In this document: positions 50,355 to 63,486 of the stretch, one piece after another
Numbering within the stretch: position 1 is the first letter of the stretch
Layout: every line of letters begins with the position of its first letter
Assembly (NCBI RefSeq): GCF_964204645.1
Contig: NC_134025.1
Span: 7,316,001-7,380,000 of the forward strand
DNA from: Tubulanus polymorphus
Taxonomy: Eukaryota; Animalia; Nemertea
Direction of reading: 5' to 3'
DNA length: 64,000 nucleotides
Notes under the pieces: model-generated
Database searches by the model: none
What the model was told of the DNA's origin: nothing
The model's input: the letters and a program-made list of their open reading frames with translations, nothing else
Translations under genes and position numbers: made by a program

Positions 50355-52353
50355 TTACATTGCTGAACTTGTATCTTGTTTCGCTTGGACACATTTCGAC
50401 TTTTTTTGAGAATCATCTTTTTCAATCTGTAATATTATGCGAATACGTTAATTCAATATCTAGTATACAGACAACGCTTTCGCAATCAATTTTGAGTCAA
50501 ATTACCTTCAACAAATTTTTGTAGCACTCCTCTAAAGTAGCAAAATCTTGATTTACAGATGCTTTAGCCATATCAAGAGCACTTTGTAAGCGTGTATGCA
50601 CCTCTGTATCAGGGGAAGTGGATCTGCAATTTGATGCTTGTTCTTCACCGTCGTAGTGCAAGTACTCATAGTATTTTACACCACTGTTGTTTGATGCAGT
50701 AAAACTGCGAGGGTTTTTTCTAGAAAAAGAAATACACAAAAATTTCGAATGGCAAAATTTACCAGGCTAGTTCCAGGATGTTTCGAGCTATGATATTCAC
50801 TCACTTAATAAGAGCATCAACGGACGTGACTCGATCGATCTGCGAATACGCAGCAGAGTTATTCGAAGATCTGATTCTCGTCGGGGGAACATTTGTAGAA
50901 TTAGCTCTCCGCTGAAATATCAACAGAAGAGAAAAGTAGTCGGTATCAAATACAAACCTTAACACGGAAAAAATTGTTTTTCACTAATTAGTTTTGTACA
51001 TGACAAGTTTCGTGTCATGTACAAAACTACCGTATGTCTAAAAAGCTTTTTGTGATATTCATAATTCCTTCACCACACGACTATTTTATAGACAGGAACT
51101 GTAACAAAGCCTGAAAACCATCAACTAGATGGTTTCTAATTGTTAAGTTAGCTACCATGTATTAAACTTTAATTAATACTAGTCTATGAAACCAGCCCCT
51201 GAAGCTATAATACATACATATGAACAAAATAAAATACATTGATGACTGAATGCAATGGCAGATGAAAATATTACATGCAAAAACAGAAAGTGGCACAAAT
51301 TTTGAGGTTTTGAACAGTATGATAAACGGAAAGAACATTTGTGCATCAATAACACAACAACAACATTAAAGCTGAACCAATGCACCAAATAGTACCGGTA
51401 TATAAATATATATAACACCAGTGAGTAGGAAAATGAATATCATAAACGCAATAGCCTTGTGGGGCTGTCAAGAAGGAATGTCAAGAACGAATAACTATTT
51501 CCTACTCAAACTGGTAAACCATGCAGAATTGTTGTACATAATAAAACATACCAGTGTTGGCTAAAATACTAATACTGTATGAATCTAGAAGAAAAATAGA
51601 ATTGATGACTACCGGTAATCAGTGGCAAACTAACTAGCGCATACATAGGTCGCTTAAATAGCTATATCACGATAAACCATATGGATACAATGCTTAAGAT
51701 ATGCAGTTTAGTTGAACAACAAATAGGCCTACTACCGACGACAACATCTAACATTTTCTCTTTAGACTTTACCAAACTGCAAACAACAACTCAGAGAATT
51801 TCATCGAGTTAAGCTGTGACAAAAGGTACTTAAACCGGAAGAGAAAGTCTTACCTTTACTGGATTACCACTGAATCCACGTCGAGCATGCAGCTCTTTGG
51901 GAACATTTTCACGACATCTCAGTAAATCATTGTCACTCCGCTGAAAAATATTGAGTTCCATAGATCAATTATAGTTGGATTCATCATAAGAAAAACATTT
52001 TTCAACTTAACTAGAAAGTCAATCAACCTGTCCAGTTCTACTGATATGTGATGATGTTTTCTCTCTCCTCAGTCTTAAAGGAAGATTGACCTGATGTATC
52101 TGTCCATCTTGAATGCGAGTTAGCTTATGATTTTTTGCATTATTTCTTCGGACATGAAGGGGTACAAATGCCTACAATATAATAATATAGTGTTATTCAG
52201 CGAGCAATTCAAAGAATAAGCTCTTTCTGACTGAGTTCTCTTTCTAATATGATCTACCTGGCCAAGATAAGCACCAGTTAAGTTCTTTGGTGTTATTTCA
52301 ATTTCGTTGGAAGGCAACAATTGAGTTTCTACAATCCTAGATTGAGCAGTCAT
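50355..52353 (-). CDS. Uncharacterised protein of about 240 aa, head-to-head with DRC7
   Basis: Phase-consistent exons 52258-52353, 52028-52171, 51854-51940, 50805-50911, 50506-50719 and 50355-50426 (MTAQSRIVETQLLP...GAYLGQAFVPLHVRR...YYEYLHYDGEE...LEECYKNLLKIEKDD...SSAM-stop). Start context GTCGCCATGA. Confidence 0.7.
50989..51029. repeat. Perfect 17-bp intronic hairpin with TAG...CTA ends
   Basis: TAGTTTTGTACATGACA-AGTTTCG-TGTCATGTACAAAACTA. Confidence 0.9.
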
Positions 52354-52378
52354 GGCGACCTGCTATCAGGCAGTCTTC

Positions 52379-52937
52379 CTATAAGTCGTTGTCGTCAAGA
52401 TCGGCTTCTGTAGCCTTATTCAACCATCGACAGTAAGCTACTTGAAGACTCAATAATGAACTCACACCAACCCTAAAAAGGAAATGAATAAATTCAGTGC
52501 ATGGATAAAAAATCTAAAGGAAAGTGAGGCCTAGCCAGAGTCCACCTTAACGCCTTTTGGCACAAGGGCAAGGTTAAATACAGGCCAGCGCCAACGGGAA
52601 GCATTAATTAGTAGGCCTGCTCTGTCAGAAAACAAGAATATTTGTAGATTCGGAAGTAGAGTGGTAAAAGATGATGCTATACAGACAAAATGTATCCTTT
52701 TTTATGTTATATGTTCATTGGCATTATTGAATCATCAAATGACCTGACAAACACTAAACTGCTAAACAACAGTACATTTTAATTTGTCACTGTGAGGCTA
52801 GGGAGGAAGTAGGCCTAATAATATGCCTTAAGTTCTCTATGTATTTAAACTCAACATCATTGGAAATATCTCCAAAACACTCTTCATAAACGTATATTTT
52901 ATAAAAGTCGTTACCAAACAAATGACAATAATGACAT
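52379..52937 (-). CDS. Candidate spliced 38-aa upstream ORF (hydrophobic micropeptide)
   Basis: Exon 52915-52937 (ATG...TG, donor GTAACG) joined to the acceptor at 52472 gives MSLLSFVWVGVSSLLSLQVAYCRWLNKATEADLDDNDL-stop, ending 25 nt before the main ATG at 52353. Confidence 0.4.
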
Positions 52938-53169
52938 TAGGCCGAAAAATCGAGTTAAACAGGAGAAAAAATAAAAACCTGAATTTTTAGTTCATCATTT
53001 TGACACCAGGTAGAGCTGTAATTTGATACGCGTATTAATATATTTCTTTCAGAATTTGTCTCTTGTAGGTTATATTTACGATGATAGTAATAAAATCAAT
53101 ATTGATATAGATATTCACTTTATAAGTGTAATGAAATACGGATTAATAGTGATATTTTTCGCTAATCAA

Positions 53170-53260
53170 AATATGTTTTGCCCTAGTTCAATGGGTTGCT
53201 AAGTGCGCGTAGGAATCTGAGCGTCATCTTGGAAGTTCCTCGGTCCCATGTTTGTAACGT
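53170..53260. promoter_or_regulatory. Candidate bidirectional promoter with an RFX X-box half site
   Basis: GTTGCTAAG at 53195-53203, about 115 bp upstream of the DRC7 ATG. RFX sites are typical of ciliary genes. Confidence 0.4.
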
Positions 53261-53316
53261 TTATGAATTGATTGTTTTTCATCTTTTTGTCGTAAACAAA
53301 AACAGATTTCATCGAT

Positions 53317-56300
53317 ATGTCAGTAGAAACTGAGGGAAATAATGCAGCTGATAATTCTTTGACAGCTGACATCGATGCTAAGCCTGAGATTGTGTTAGAT
53401 GATGGAGAGGAAAAGGGGCAAGGGGAGGCAAGTGAAAACGAGAAAGGATTGGACGAGGAGAAGGGAGAAGGCGATGGCGACGAAGCCGATGATGAAGATG
53501 ATGGTAACGAGAAAGAAAAACCTGAGACTGAAGATGTTGAGGCACTGAAGGAGGAGCTTGCAAAAATTACAGTCGAACCACCAACCAATGACAAAAGGTA
53601 TAAGAAGGGTGTATAAGGCATAGGGTTAGGGTCCAGATAGTTAAAGGTTAGCTTTAGGGTCGGGTCTGTTACAGCTGGTGCTGCCTGCTCTATTTTGTTT
53701 AACTCTTCTCCACACATTCCTTGAATCTTCTAGGACAGGTTGCGCACCACAGAGTGCTAATTAGCCAATCAGAAGTTGTCAGCAAATAGCGCTAACAGAA
53801 ATAATGCAGCGTTGGCAATCAACTGCCATCATTATAACTATAAAAAGGAAGCTTTCTTTCTGAGCTTTTTAGGAGATTAGTTATTGGACTAAGTCTAAAT
53901 ATCAAATTTGGAAAAATTAGCAGCGATGATCATATGAATGAGAGATTTTAGTATAAGCTGTATTGTTTCTTTGCAGTGAACCTACTGAAGTGTTTGATCC
54001 AAATGAATTTCCAGAGTCATACAAAGAGAATGTAAAGAAGGAATTGCTTGTTCTTGGATATGCTGAGAATTTCCGACGTCAGTATGTCCACTTGTATTGC
54101 GATCGTAAACCGCTGTTTTTGAATCCAGTGAATGAATGCGGTATTGAGGTAATTCAGTTAGGCTAAAAGGTTTGAATAAGTTTTTAAAATATTTTTACTC
54201 AGTCGCATTCTTTTGTCTAGCATTAGCTTTTGTATTTCAGAAATTTGTTTGTACAACTATTCGACCGAATAAACTTCCATTTCCTGAAGTTTATGAATGG
54301 GATGGCGCATCAGAATTTGTGGCTGATTACCTTAATTTTGTTTCTCTTGATCCTCCTACAGATTTGGTAAGTGAAATGAAACCTAGTATAAATAAGTGTA
54401 AAAATATAGAACAATCAATGAATTTACTATCTTTGCAGCCGAAGCGTCTCCTGTCACCAGTAACAGTGTTGAAAAATCAAAAAGGTAATTGTTTCGAATA
54501 CAGCACACTGCTTTGTTCGTTGTTGATTGGTGTAGGCTATGACGCGTATGTAGTGAATGGTTATGCTACTCGTGAGGTTTGTATCATGGATGAAACTCGC
54601 GAAATATGTCCGATTCTACGAAAGAAAGAAGAAAAGAAACAAACCGAGGAGAAGAAAGTCGTGAAAAAATACGCCGTAAAACCAGCTAAAGATCTCCATA
54701 GCAAATACGAAATTAAAATGGCCCAACGCAAAGTTGACGAGAAAATCGCAGAGGAAGCAAAACAAAAGAGAGAAGAAGAGGACCGACAAGCTGTAGGTTT
54801 TATTCATAGCATTAGAGGTGATACTTTTCCCCTCATGTCCGAATATATGTGTTGTGAATGTACGTCATCATTTTAGGAACTAGAAAAGCCACCACCAGAT
54901 CCATTACATGGTTTACGAATTCACTCATGGGTATTGGTACTATCCGGAAAACGAGAAGTTCCAGAGAGTTTCTTTATTGAACCATTTACAGGCCATTCAC
55001 ATCCAATAGATACAGATATCTACTTGGGTATTGAGAGTCTGTGGAATAATCATAACTACTGGGTCAACATGCAGGATTGCTCGGAAGGAGTTAAGGTACG
55101 AGTTAAAACTTATGAAAATGATTTCTAAAATTTATACTTATACTATTACTGTACTTATCACCCGGTATAGTCTGGAGTCCTATTGAGATTATTTCAAACT
55201 AGTGAAATTCTTTTGTTTTAAATACGGATTTTACCATAAAGTCATCTGAAATCTCTGTGAAAATACTGAGACTTTTTCATCATTGAAAATTGTATTTCAG
55301 AATTTGCGTTATGATCTTGGAGATTGTGCTTGTTGGGAGTATATGTTTCCAAGTGATGAAAAGCCTCAGTTACAAATCCCAGAAATGGAGGAAGAAATGT
55401 TTGAGGATGATGATGAGGAGGTTTGTTACAGTCTTTCCATTGCATAATTGAATAGTCAATAGTCATAATTGAGGGTGGACTACTTAAATTTTGTCAGTGA
55501 CTATATACTCCAGAATTTCATGACATTTCAGGGCAAAGAGGAAGAAGTTGAGAAACATTTAGATATGCCTCCCTCATGGGTTGAACCAATAAACATTTCA
55601 TTAAGAGGTAAGAGGTTAATTGATGAAGGAGACTGAACGTATGAGGAAGCTCTTTGTTTTAGTAATTTCTATTTGACAATAGATTTTCAGATGAGTTGTC
55701 CGCATGGCAAGAAAACAAAGTTTTACAAGCGAGCTAAACTGGAGAAGTTTGCTCATTATTTGATGAAAGATGGACTCGTCACTAGATTATCAGTGTTTGA
55801 TAACAGAGAATGTAAGTTTAGATATTATGCACAATATATTTTGTATTTCATGTCATCATTTCTTACAAACATATTTTCCTTGTAGTGACAGACTTAGCAA
55901 GTGTGCGCGAATATTACAAACATAGAGAAGATCAATTGGAGCAACGAGTTCACAATCGTAGAAATGGATGGATAACAGAACACTTTCAGGCAGGACGACC
56001 AAGACATCTAAAAGGTAGTGATTTTTTATGAATATTGGTATATTCTATCTTTGACACCAAAATTAGTAAAATGAGCTAAAATTAACGACTATCTGAATTG
56101 TGTTTTTTCTAGAACATCAGTACAAAGCTATGGCTCCTGGGCCGGAAAATGACCGCATTATGATATTTTACCATGAAGCTCGTGTCGATGGTTTAGTGAA
56201 ACGAGAAGAAACACCTACTGATATGAAAGAACATTACGTAGACAGGAAAGATTTCTTGTATTTTAGACACGTGATTTTCGGTAAAAGAGGCAAGAAATTT

Positions 56301-57728
56301 GGTCCAGCTGAAGCCACTGTACCAAGACCAATACTGGTATGTAACTACTGGAAACTCACTATTTCAAGTTTATCGAAGCAAGCTATTATTAATTGAAGTT
56401 CTATATTACAGAAAATGACAGAAAAATATCATCGAAATAGGGATATACCGGCCAATGAGGATGTGGCAGAAATCGTCTATGTCATAGCAGAGGAGAAAAT
56501 TCAGTTGACCTATCACACAGAGGATGCCCGAATAGCATCATCAACTCGAGAATTTATCAAACCTGCGAATGCCGATGAAAAAGGAGCGACACTAATCATG
56601 TCATCCGACATGCATCAAACCTTCCAGGTATAACTTAGTAAGGCCATGGGTACCAGTAGTTCAGTTTTGAAAATGCAAGAAAATGTTCTAAGATATGTAC
56701 GTCTATTATCTAGGTTGATCAAACGTGTCCTTCTAAGAAGCAAGTAAAAATCTATCAGATGATGGTTGATCTCATACAGTCAGAGGATGAAAAACGAATG
56801 AAAGTCAGAGAATCTGAGGAAGAGGTAAACATTTCAGGGGCAGATTGAAATCTTAAGTTTTGAATCAATGCAGTCGTTAAACGCATCTTTATTCACAGGT
56901 GCAGGAAATATTAAATGACAGAACGAAAGAAGAACTAGCGTCGGATTTGAATATTTCCGTTTATGACACTGAAAGAAATGAAAAAGCAAAGAAACATCGA
57001 CGAGAGTTGGTACGTTGATACTTAATGCAGTACTCATATCGATAACTGCATAAGATAAAGTTGTAAATCATTCCAGTGTAGATTTACAAGTACGTTTAGA
57101 CCGATATTTGAATACTTTTTGCAGGAAAGAATTCAAGCCGAAGAGAAAAAACGCAAACACGAGATGGAGATTGATTACCTAGCACCATTCCTCGCACAGA
57201 TCGGTGATCCAGAAAAAATATCACGACCGCAATCGTTCAAACTGAAAGTCGATTGTCTCGCCGACCTTAAACAACGACTCATCGATAAAGCTAATCTCAT
57301 ACAAGCTAGATTTGAGAAGGTAATACAGTAAACTATGGAAGAATATCGCATCACTCGTTTTTAATGCGTAACCTTTTCTGGTAGCTTCCTTTCTAATAAT
57401 TCGTTATTCATTGCAGGAAACTCAGGAATTACAGAATAAACAACAGTGGTATCAACAACATCAGGTTTCCATGTCAAAAGATGACGAAGATGAATATTTG
57501 AACTATTGCAGTGAAGCAATGTTCAGAATACACATATTAGAATTGAGACTAAACCGGTATGTAGGAGTATAGAGTTCAGTGTTATAGGGTCAATGAACTA
57601 CCATTATTTGAATAACTAATCATTGTCAGTTATACCTGTATTTCAGACATAAAGAAATGGCTCCACATAAATACATGCAGCTAGATCAACGTATTCGCAG
57701 TGATCCACGTTTATCTGAATACTTCTGA
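53317..57728 (+). CDS. DRC7: Dynein regulatory complex subunit 7 (CCDC135)
   Basis: Multi-exon. Acidic N-terminus; ENFRRQYVHLYCDRKPLFLNPVNECG; transglutaminase-like QKGNCFEYSTLLCSLLIGVGYDAYVVNGYA; DPLHGLRIHSWV; YLGIESLWNNHNYWVNMQ; DYLAPFLAQ; FRIHILELRLNRHK; stop at 57726-57728. Confidence 0.95.
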
Positions 57729-58481
57729 ATGAAATTCCATGGATTGTAGGACATCAACGGTTTTTCTATTCAGACAAGCACCCAAATAGTTTTCAACTGC
57801 ATCAAGCCTCGTCTGTATAGTTATATGTTGAATTTGAGATTATATTTTCAACAAATTGTCCAATGAATTTGCTTGTAGAAACTAACTTGTGACAATTAAT
57901 TCTAAATTCACAACTGCCTTTAGTGAATAAACTCCGCCCGTCCATTTAATACCTGGTGCATACTGTGATAGTATATTAGTGTCCTGACAGTGTTTAATTA
58001 CTATTTCTATCTTGATTTTATTTATTGTTATTTTTTTGTACATAGAAATGATGACTTTTGAGAAATTATGAGTGTAAAATAAACTGTCTATATTCAACTT
58101 CTTTCTTCGAGATATTTAGTTCCATCTTATTTGGATGTCAGTCATTTATCCTCATTCTGTACATCAGTGGCCAAATACACCTCTAAATGAAAGTCAAATT
58201 GTACTTGAATTTCCATGGACATCTCCATTTATATGTCATCTGACCTACTCTTGATTAAGAAAGACATTTGCTAGACTGCAGTTTCAGCGAAATTTCTATC
58301 CCTCCTCCATGGTAAGAACTTTGTCTAAAGATGAAAAATATTGCAATAAAAACATCTATATGTGAAATTTCAGATTTTATTTCATTGATACAAAAATAAA
58401 CATCTATTTACAAATTGCACAGGGCGTTATGGGTAAAATTCATCCAATTGAGACATACCATTCTCGTCTGTGATTGCCTGA

Positions 58482-61400
58482 TCATGATAGAGGTCCTCTG
58501 GTATTATATAAAAGATAGATCACTCGACTTAAAGCTATTCCAAGATTTCTGAAATATACACGGTACAATTACCATTACAAATCCAGGCACATAATGGAGG
58601 AAATCAGTATAGTGTTGCATAGAAATATGGCATACCTGTTTAGAGCCCCAGACTTGATTTTACTAAGTAATAGTTCCTTCTCTTTTTCTGTTGTGCAAAT
58701 GTCATATGCTTGAAGTAATCTATAGATAAACCAATAGCTTACAATAATTACTGGTTAACCTGGTAAATCATGACTTGCTCATCTGTAGCTTACTGTTGGA
58801 CAGTCTTGTATTTTTCTAGAATGGCTTGAGTTTTGTCGGCAGACATTCCAGCTATTTGCATTAACTGTTTTCCAAAAGTCTCTTTGATTGTCATCACCTA
58901 AGAAATGAATGAAAAGGCGCTGAATTGAATCAGGTATACCAAATTGTAGCTGTATTGTGTTCTAGTAATACCTTGTTTTTAACGCTGCCTTTGTTGAATT
59001 CTGGAAATGTCATGAGACAATGTTCATTTGAACCGACATCAAATTCATCCATCTGAGCTTGAATATCTTCCCTGGGACGAGCAATGAGCTTTTTATTCTA
59101 AAAATCCACAGATCAATAGAAGTGTATCTAAGTTTCTCATCAAAAGGTTCAAATTGTCCACGTTGACTTACTGAATAAAGTTTTTGAAGATACCGCGTCA
59201 TCACTGTAAGATAAGCTACTGACTCTTTAGTGTCTTGCGTGTGTTTAACAAAGAACCCATCTATAACCTAATACATGTAAAACAAAATCAACTGTAATTA
59301 TTTCAATCATTATCTAGAGAATGCGACTAAAGAATAGGTAGTTTACCTGTGTATTGATAACAGATCGTTGTAATGTATCCTCTGGTAAACTAAACTGTTG
59401 ACTGCCATATTCTTCAACCAGATATATTGGTTTCCTCAACCCACTGTGTTTCATTCGAAACTAAAATCATTAGTTACAAGTAATATAACGTCCTGAATAA
59501 GTGACAGTAGAAACATTAAATAAATTAATCACACACTTTTTGCTCTTTGAAACGGCCATCTTTTATACTTCCTGCCAGGTCATCCATCCTTTTACGCTCA
59601 ATAACGAAATCGAAGACAAGCTCTCGTGATTCTGGTACACGTAACTGACCTACGTATGTACGAGAAGGAATAATTTTAGCGATATTTGTAATTTTTTCGT
59701 TGATGCGGAATTGAATTACATTTTCTTGATGGCTAACAATACCTGGTTGAGGACGCACTCTTTCTTTTGCTATCCACAGAAAATCTCCTACATGTAATTT
59801 TCGTACATCGCAATCCACTCCATTTTTCATCAGATCGGGTAACAAATTCTGTTTTCCATTCCTATATACAAGAATATGTTATCTTATTTAGAATATAACA
59901 TCTTCACATATGAATTACATTTAAAAAATCTTGATATTTTCATATACAATGTATAAATAAACAAACCTTTGACCATAATGTTCACAATTATCAACTATAA
60001 GCACGATGTCGTAATCTCCAGGGAACAATGTAAACATTGTCTGCGGGGTTCTTTGATCACTAGCCATCGATGAAGCTGAACTCTGACTTGCAGTGCTCGA
60101 CTGTGAAGCTATTTGCTGTTCAATGACTTTGTTTGTCATTAGAGGCTGTTTCAGAGGAGAGGGTTTACGGTGTGCAGCTGAACCTGTTTAGATTACATGT
60201 ACATTCAATGTGGTATTGGTTATAAATCATTGAAATATCGGATTCTCTGAACAAGATTCTACTATAAAACTTAATTTACTTGTGCTGTTTGGTAAAGAAA
60301 CTTTTGGAGGTGTACTTATATCTTCAGCAACCTCATCAGGGATGTAGGCATAGACATAACTATCGTCATAAGCTCTGAAATACGGCATGTAAAATTGAAG
60401 TCACCTAGTTGGTTAACATAGGACTAAGATTGCATGAATATCTAATAATACACCAACCTTGTTGAGTCTAATTTATATCGATGACAAAATTTCAGAAGGC
60501 TTTCCAATCTACACTTAACAAGAAACCAAATTGACTGTTCTGGAAGGTATACAGACAATTCATTGGGATCTTTCATTACAACTCCATGCACTCCATTTGA
60601 AACCAGTAAAATGGTAGTTAAACTCAAATGTTTTATTTGACGTATTATGGAATTGCTTACCTTCAAATGTAACTGAAGCTAGATCTTTGCTGTTCACTGT
60701 TCTATTATTTTCAGTCACATACCAATACTGAAATCTATAGAAAATTTTTATGTGTGAGTATTCAATAAAGACTGCATAGGATACAATTCCCTTAGACAAA
60801 GATTCCATTCCTTGATAATGGTTTTTTTAGTGGACAACCGAAAATTCAGATTTAAAACAAATTTTAACGATTCGATATTTTAACCTTTCGGCTTCTTGAT
60901 TGTGGGACTTAGAATTATTGAATTAAAAGATTTCAGGTTATATCTTCATAGAGTTCTTACTTTTTTTGGTCAGTTTTTACAGGAGAAATACCAAAAGTCT
61001 CAAGCGCAGGTTGTTTTTCTGGTGTTGTTATGTTTTTTCTAAAAAAAAATACATCCATCCAAAATGAATTATTTGTAGTAAACATCTACAAAAACTGTTT
61101 GAGAATCTGAGCTATGAAAATGTTTTTAGCTGTCATACCTTACACTCTTATCAATATCTTTATAAGCTGAATTTTGTTTCTTCACAGGAGATTCAGAGCC
61201 AATAACAAATCTAGGCATCGGAGGATTGTCATTCGGTTGATTTAATTCCTCTGCAGCAAGGATTTTACGTGCTAACTGGGAACCGGCTTCGGTCAAACTA
61301 TATCTGATAATGAAATTACACACGCAAGGTGAGGCAACATTTTGAATACCAGTATCACTAATTCAAAATTAGATTTCAAATTGTATGATAAAATTAACAT

Positions 61401-62705
61401 ACTTAGCAGGACTACTCTCTTTAATCACAAAACCTTTCTTTATTAATGTGCCCATAGATGAAAATCCTGTATAATGTGATCCGGGGTCAGACTGAAATTT
61501 TACATCATTTCAAATTGCATTAAGGATAGATAATTCATTTACCTGGATAACTATAACAGTAAGGAGGAACTATGGAAATAATAGACAAATAAGCTTAACG
61601 TTCACATGATCAAGATTAAAATGTCTCCAAAACCAGGTCCTGGTACTTAACCCAAATATTTTGACCGTACGTACAACAGACAATGATTTATCGCACAGAG
61701 GTTGAGCTGCGGTGATTAACTCCCTTTTCAACATGAAACCACGGCCGTGTTCATCTTGTTGGTTCCTATACAGCGCCAGTATAAGGGCGTATGGCCCAGA
61801 TCTATGAGCTGGAATATATTCCCTGCCTCCTGAAGGTACACGAGTTTTCTGAAATAAGAAATCACTTTTTTAAGTCTTAGCTGATCTTAAAATAGCTCAT
61901 GATTTTCTGATTATTGATGTTATAATAAGTTTTTCTTAGTAAACGTTACCTTCTTATCTACTGTTTGACCAACTAATGCTTGACCAGCACCCCAGCTATG
62001 CAATGATGTATTAGGCAAACTTGTGCCAATTCCTAAATCCAAACCGTTACCAGCAAAAGCTTGTCCAAGTGTAGAAATAGTCGCGGTTGGTGGATTCAGT
62101 GTTTTTCTCTTTCTTGGGTGCCCCTCCTCTGGTATCATGTCTGGAGGCAATTCATTACCTTAAGAAATACAATTCATTTTTTGAATTCATATTCCATTTC
62201 ATACAAATCGTATCCAAAAAATTATTAACTCACCATGTTGTGCTCTGTGTTCAGCCAATTTAGCATCCAACATATTACAGATTTTGTCTCCTGTAGAAAT
62301 TTTTTGATAACAATCATGGCAAAGAAATTGATGATATTAATTGTACATGCGATTGACTATTTGGAAAACTTACCAAAGAATTTCAGGTGCTTGCAATCTT
62401 TCCCAGATGGCAAGTAGAGGGGATACTTTTGTAAGTTGCTCAGGGCCTGAAATTAGAGAAAAACACTTTTTTGGTACAGTTCCCTGGGAACATTCCAGTT
62501 TAGCCAATAGTTCAAATAACTGAAAAAGCAATAATATCATCAAAGAAATCATTACCTTGGCATAAGTGTATTGAATTTTGCTTCCAGCATCAGCCGCTTC
62601 ATCTCTCCACTCTTGCAACCATTGACAAAAAAGTGGATTCGGACAATCAACCCTTTTTTTCTTCCTTTTTCCAATTAACTGTGATGGACTGTATGTTACG
62701 CTCAT
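58482..62705 (-). CDS. MUS81: Crossover junction endonuclease MUS81
   Basis: N-terminal HhH ([17 protein letters not shown]...[12 protein letters not shown]), winged helix ([17 protein letters not shown]), ERCC4 nuclease ([12 protein letters not shown]...[22 protein letters not shown]), C-terminal [22 protein letters not shown]-stop. Confidence 0.95.
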
Positions 62706-62929
62706 CTTGCCCTCGGGGTCATTTATAGCTGAAAAGGTACAATATTATAGGCCTAATGGGATGCGGATGGTAAAATCAAAATGCTTTTTAAAAAGAACAC
62801 ATTCAAGCTCTCTTCTCTTCTTCTTCCGATATCTGTCAACATCAACTGGTTGATGAAACACAGTGTATAGGTGTGCGCAAATAAATATATACAGACATTA
62901 CTAATAAATTTAGTATTAATATAATAATT

Positions 62930-63035
62930 GGCTCGTTGGCGAGTTTATACAATAGTGTGAGTCTGGCCTGTCTTCTTCTTTCCTGTAGTGACTGCCAATA
63001 CTCTCTATACTCCACTCCAGAGCAGAGGGAGCATA
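62930..63035 (-). mobile_element. LINE (CR1/L2-group) reverse transcriptase C-terminal remnant in the MUS81 5' intron
   Basis: Translation WQSLQERRRQARLTLLYKLAN resembles the W.SL..RR...RL...YK motif of LINE ORF2. Confidence 0.6.
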
Positions 63036-63289
63036 GCTGGCCCATATTACATAACAAACGATATTGATAAACATATAACTTTTTCGAGTCACATTTTCCA
63101 TTATATGCACAGTAAATTTTCAATCTTACCTCTTGACTACAAAACTGATGTCATGGATTCATTAGTGATGAAAAATCTCTTCACATTTCCCACCAATAAT
63201 CTGTAGTAATCGACGGTAGTTGAGCGAGGGACTCGTATAACGCATTTAACAGTTAGTTTTGTTCAAAAACTGAAGAACCATGCTCGAGC

Positions 63290-63400
63290 CGGCGTTGAAC
63301 TTCTCGCGTCTGGTCTGCACCCAAAATTGACATTACTTCATTACTTCCGGGTTTCTGTCAAATTTGTTTATACTTTTTTCATAAATCCGCGATTCCATCG
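63290..63400. promoter_or_regulatory. Candidate bidirectional promoter for MUS81 and the next plus-strand gene
   Basis: ETS-type ACTTCCGG at 63343-63350 in a CpG-containing stretch. Minus-strand donor near 63128. Confidence 0.4.
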
Positions 63401-63418
63401 AATAATTCCTAGTAAAGC

Positions 63419-63486
63419 ATGTCGGAGACAGCGGGCAGTAAGCAGAGCCTGATGACCAGTACCGAAGAGAGTGAATCGATTAAAAG
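63419..63486 (+). CDS. Candidate first coding exon of a gene continuing beyond the window
   Basis: ATG at 63419 reads MSETAGSKQSLMTSTEESESIK, then donor AG/GTGACC. Too short to identify. Confidence 0.35.

Noticed and set aside
52690-52705. U12-type donor GTATCCTTT on the plus strand
   Set aside because: No convincing TCCTTAAC branch point with acceptor downstream and no supported plus-strand exon.
53199-53717. 172-aa Ser-rich minus-strand ORF (also 24123-24422 and 54616-54807)
   Set aside because: Antisense shadows of acidic or Lys/Glu-rich exons on the other strand.
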